DNA of 63,375 nt, filler included, from Octopus bimaculoides (lineage: Eukaryota): assembly GCF_001194135.2 (NCBI RefSeq). It is 4 parts of 4 records of this genome, joined end to end, with 100 filler letters (N's around TTAATTAATTAA, not from the genome) between each part and the next. Parts side by side here need not be neighbours in the genome. Positions count along the whole stretch, not along the records: positions 61,793 to 63,375 come from NW_026295632.1; 3 more parts are not named here. One strand, given 5' to 3'. The notes beneath the pieces are model-generated. The model saw only the letters and a list, made by a program, of their open reading frames with translations, had not been told where the DNA came from and did not search any database. The position numbers and the translations under genes were made by a program. This document shows, one piece after another, positions 63,311-63,375 of the stretch (positions within the stretch are counted from its first letter, which is position 1; each line of letters opens with the position of its first letter).

Positions 63311-63375
63311 ACCCAGATGGCTGCAGTATAACACTAGTGTAACAATAATTGGGTACCCTCCCAGCAGTATTTTGG

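Overview
AT-rich animal genomic DNA from a gapped draft assembly, with many N-runs beside (TA)n/(CA)n microsatellites. The SINE families and repeat density suggest an octopod cephalopod; this is inference, not a database match. I recognise no host protein-coding gene, and almost all long ORFs in the track come from N-runs or simple repeats. The window is a mosaic of mobile elements: at least four tRNA-derived SINE families; decayed Tc1/mariner transposons (DD36E-spaced, DD35E-spaced with IR/DR ends, maT-like, two mariners); CR1-like, R4/Dong-like and Penelope-like (PLE) remnants; MITEs; and an interstitial TTAGGG tract. Four observations stand out. (1) A head-to-tail pair of ORF1/gag-only (CCHC knuckle) non-LTR-like elements at 10545-13538 has no RT, carries a conserved 3' hairpin, and appears nested in another repeat. 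(2) Three different minimal hammerhead-ribozyme motifs occur, one in a PLE remnant and one in a putative tRNA-head plus hammerhead-tail SINE. (3) A ~1.1 kb diverged palindrome is centred on (TA)n at 62186-63310. (4) A Tc1 element has its 5' half replaced by an inverted copy of its own 3' half. Alignments and identities were read by eye, so boundaries are approximate.
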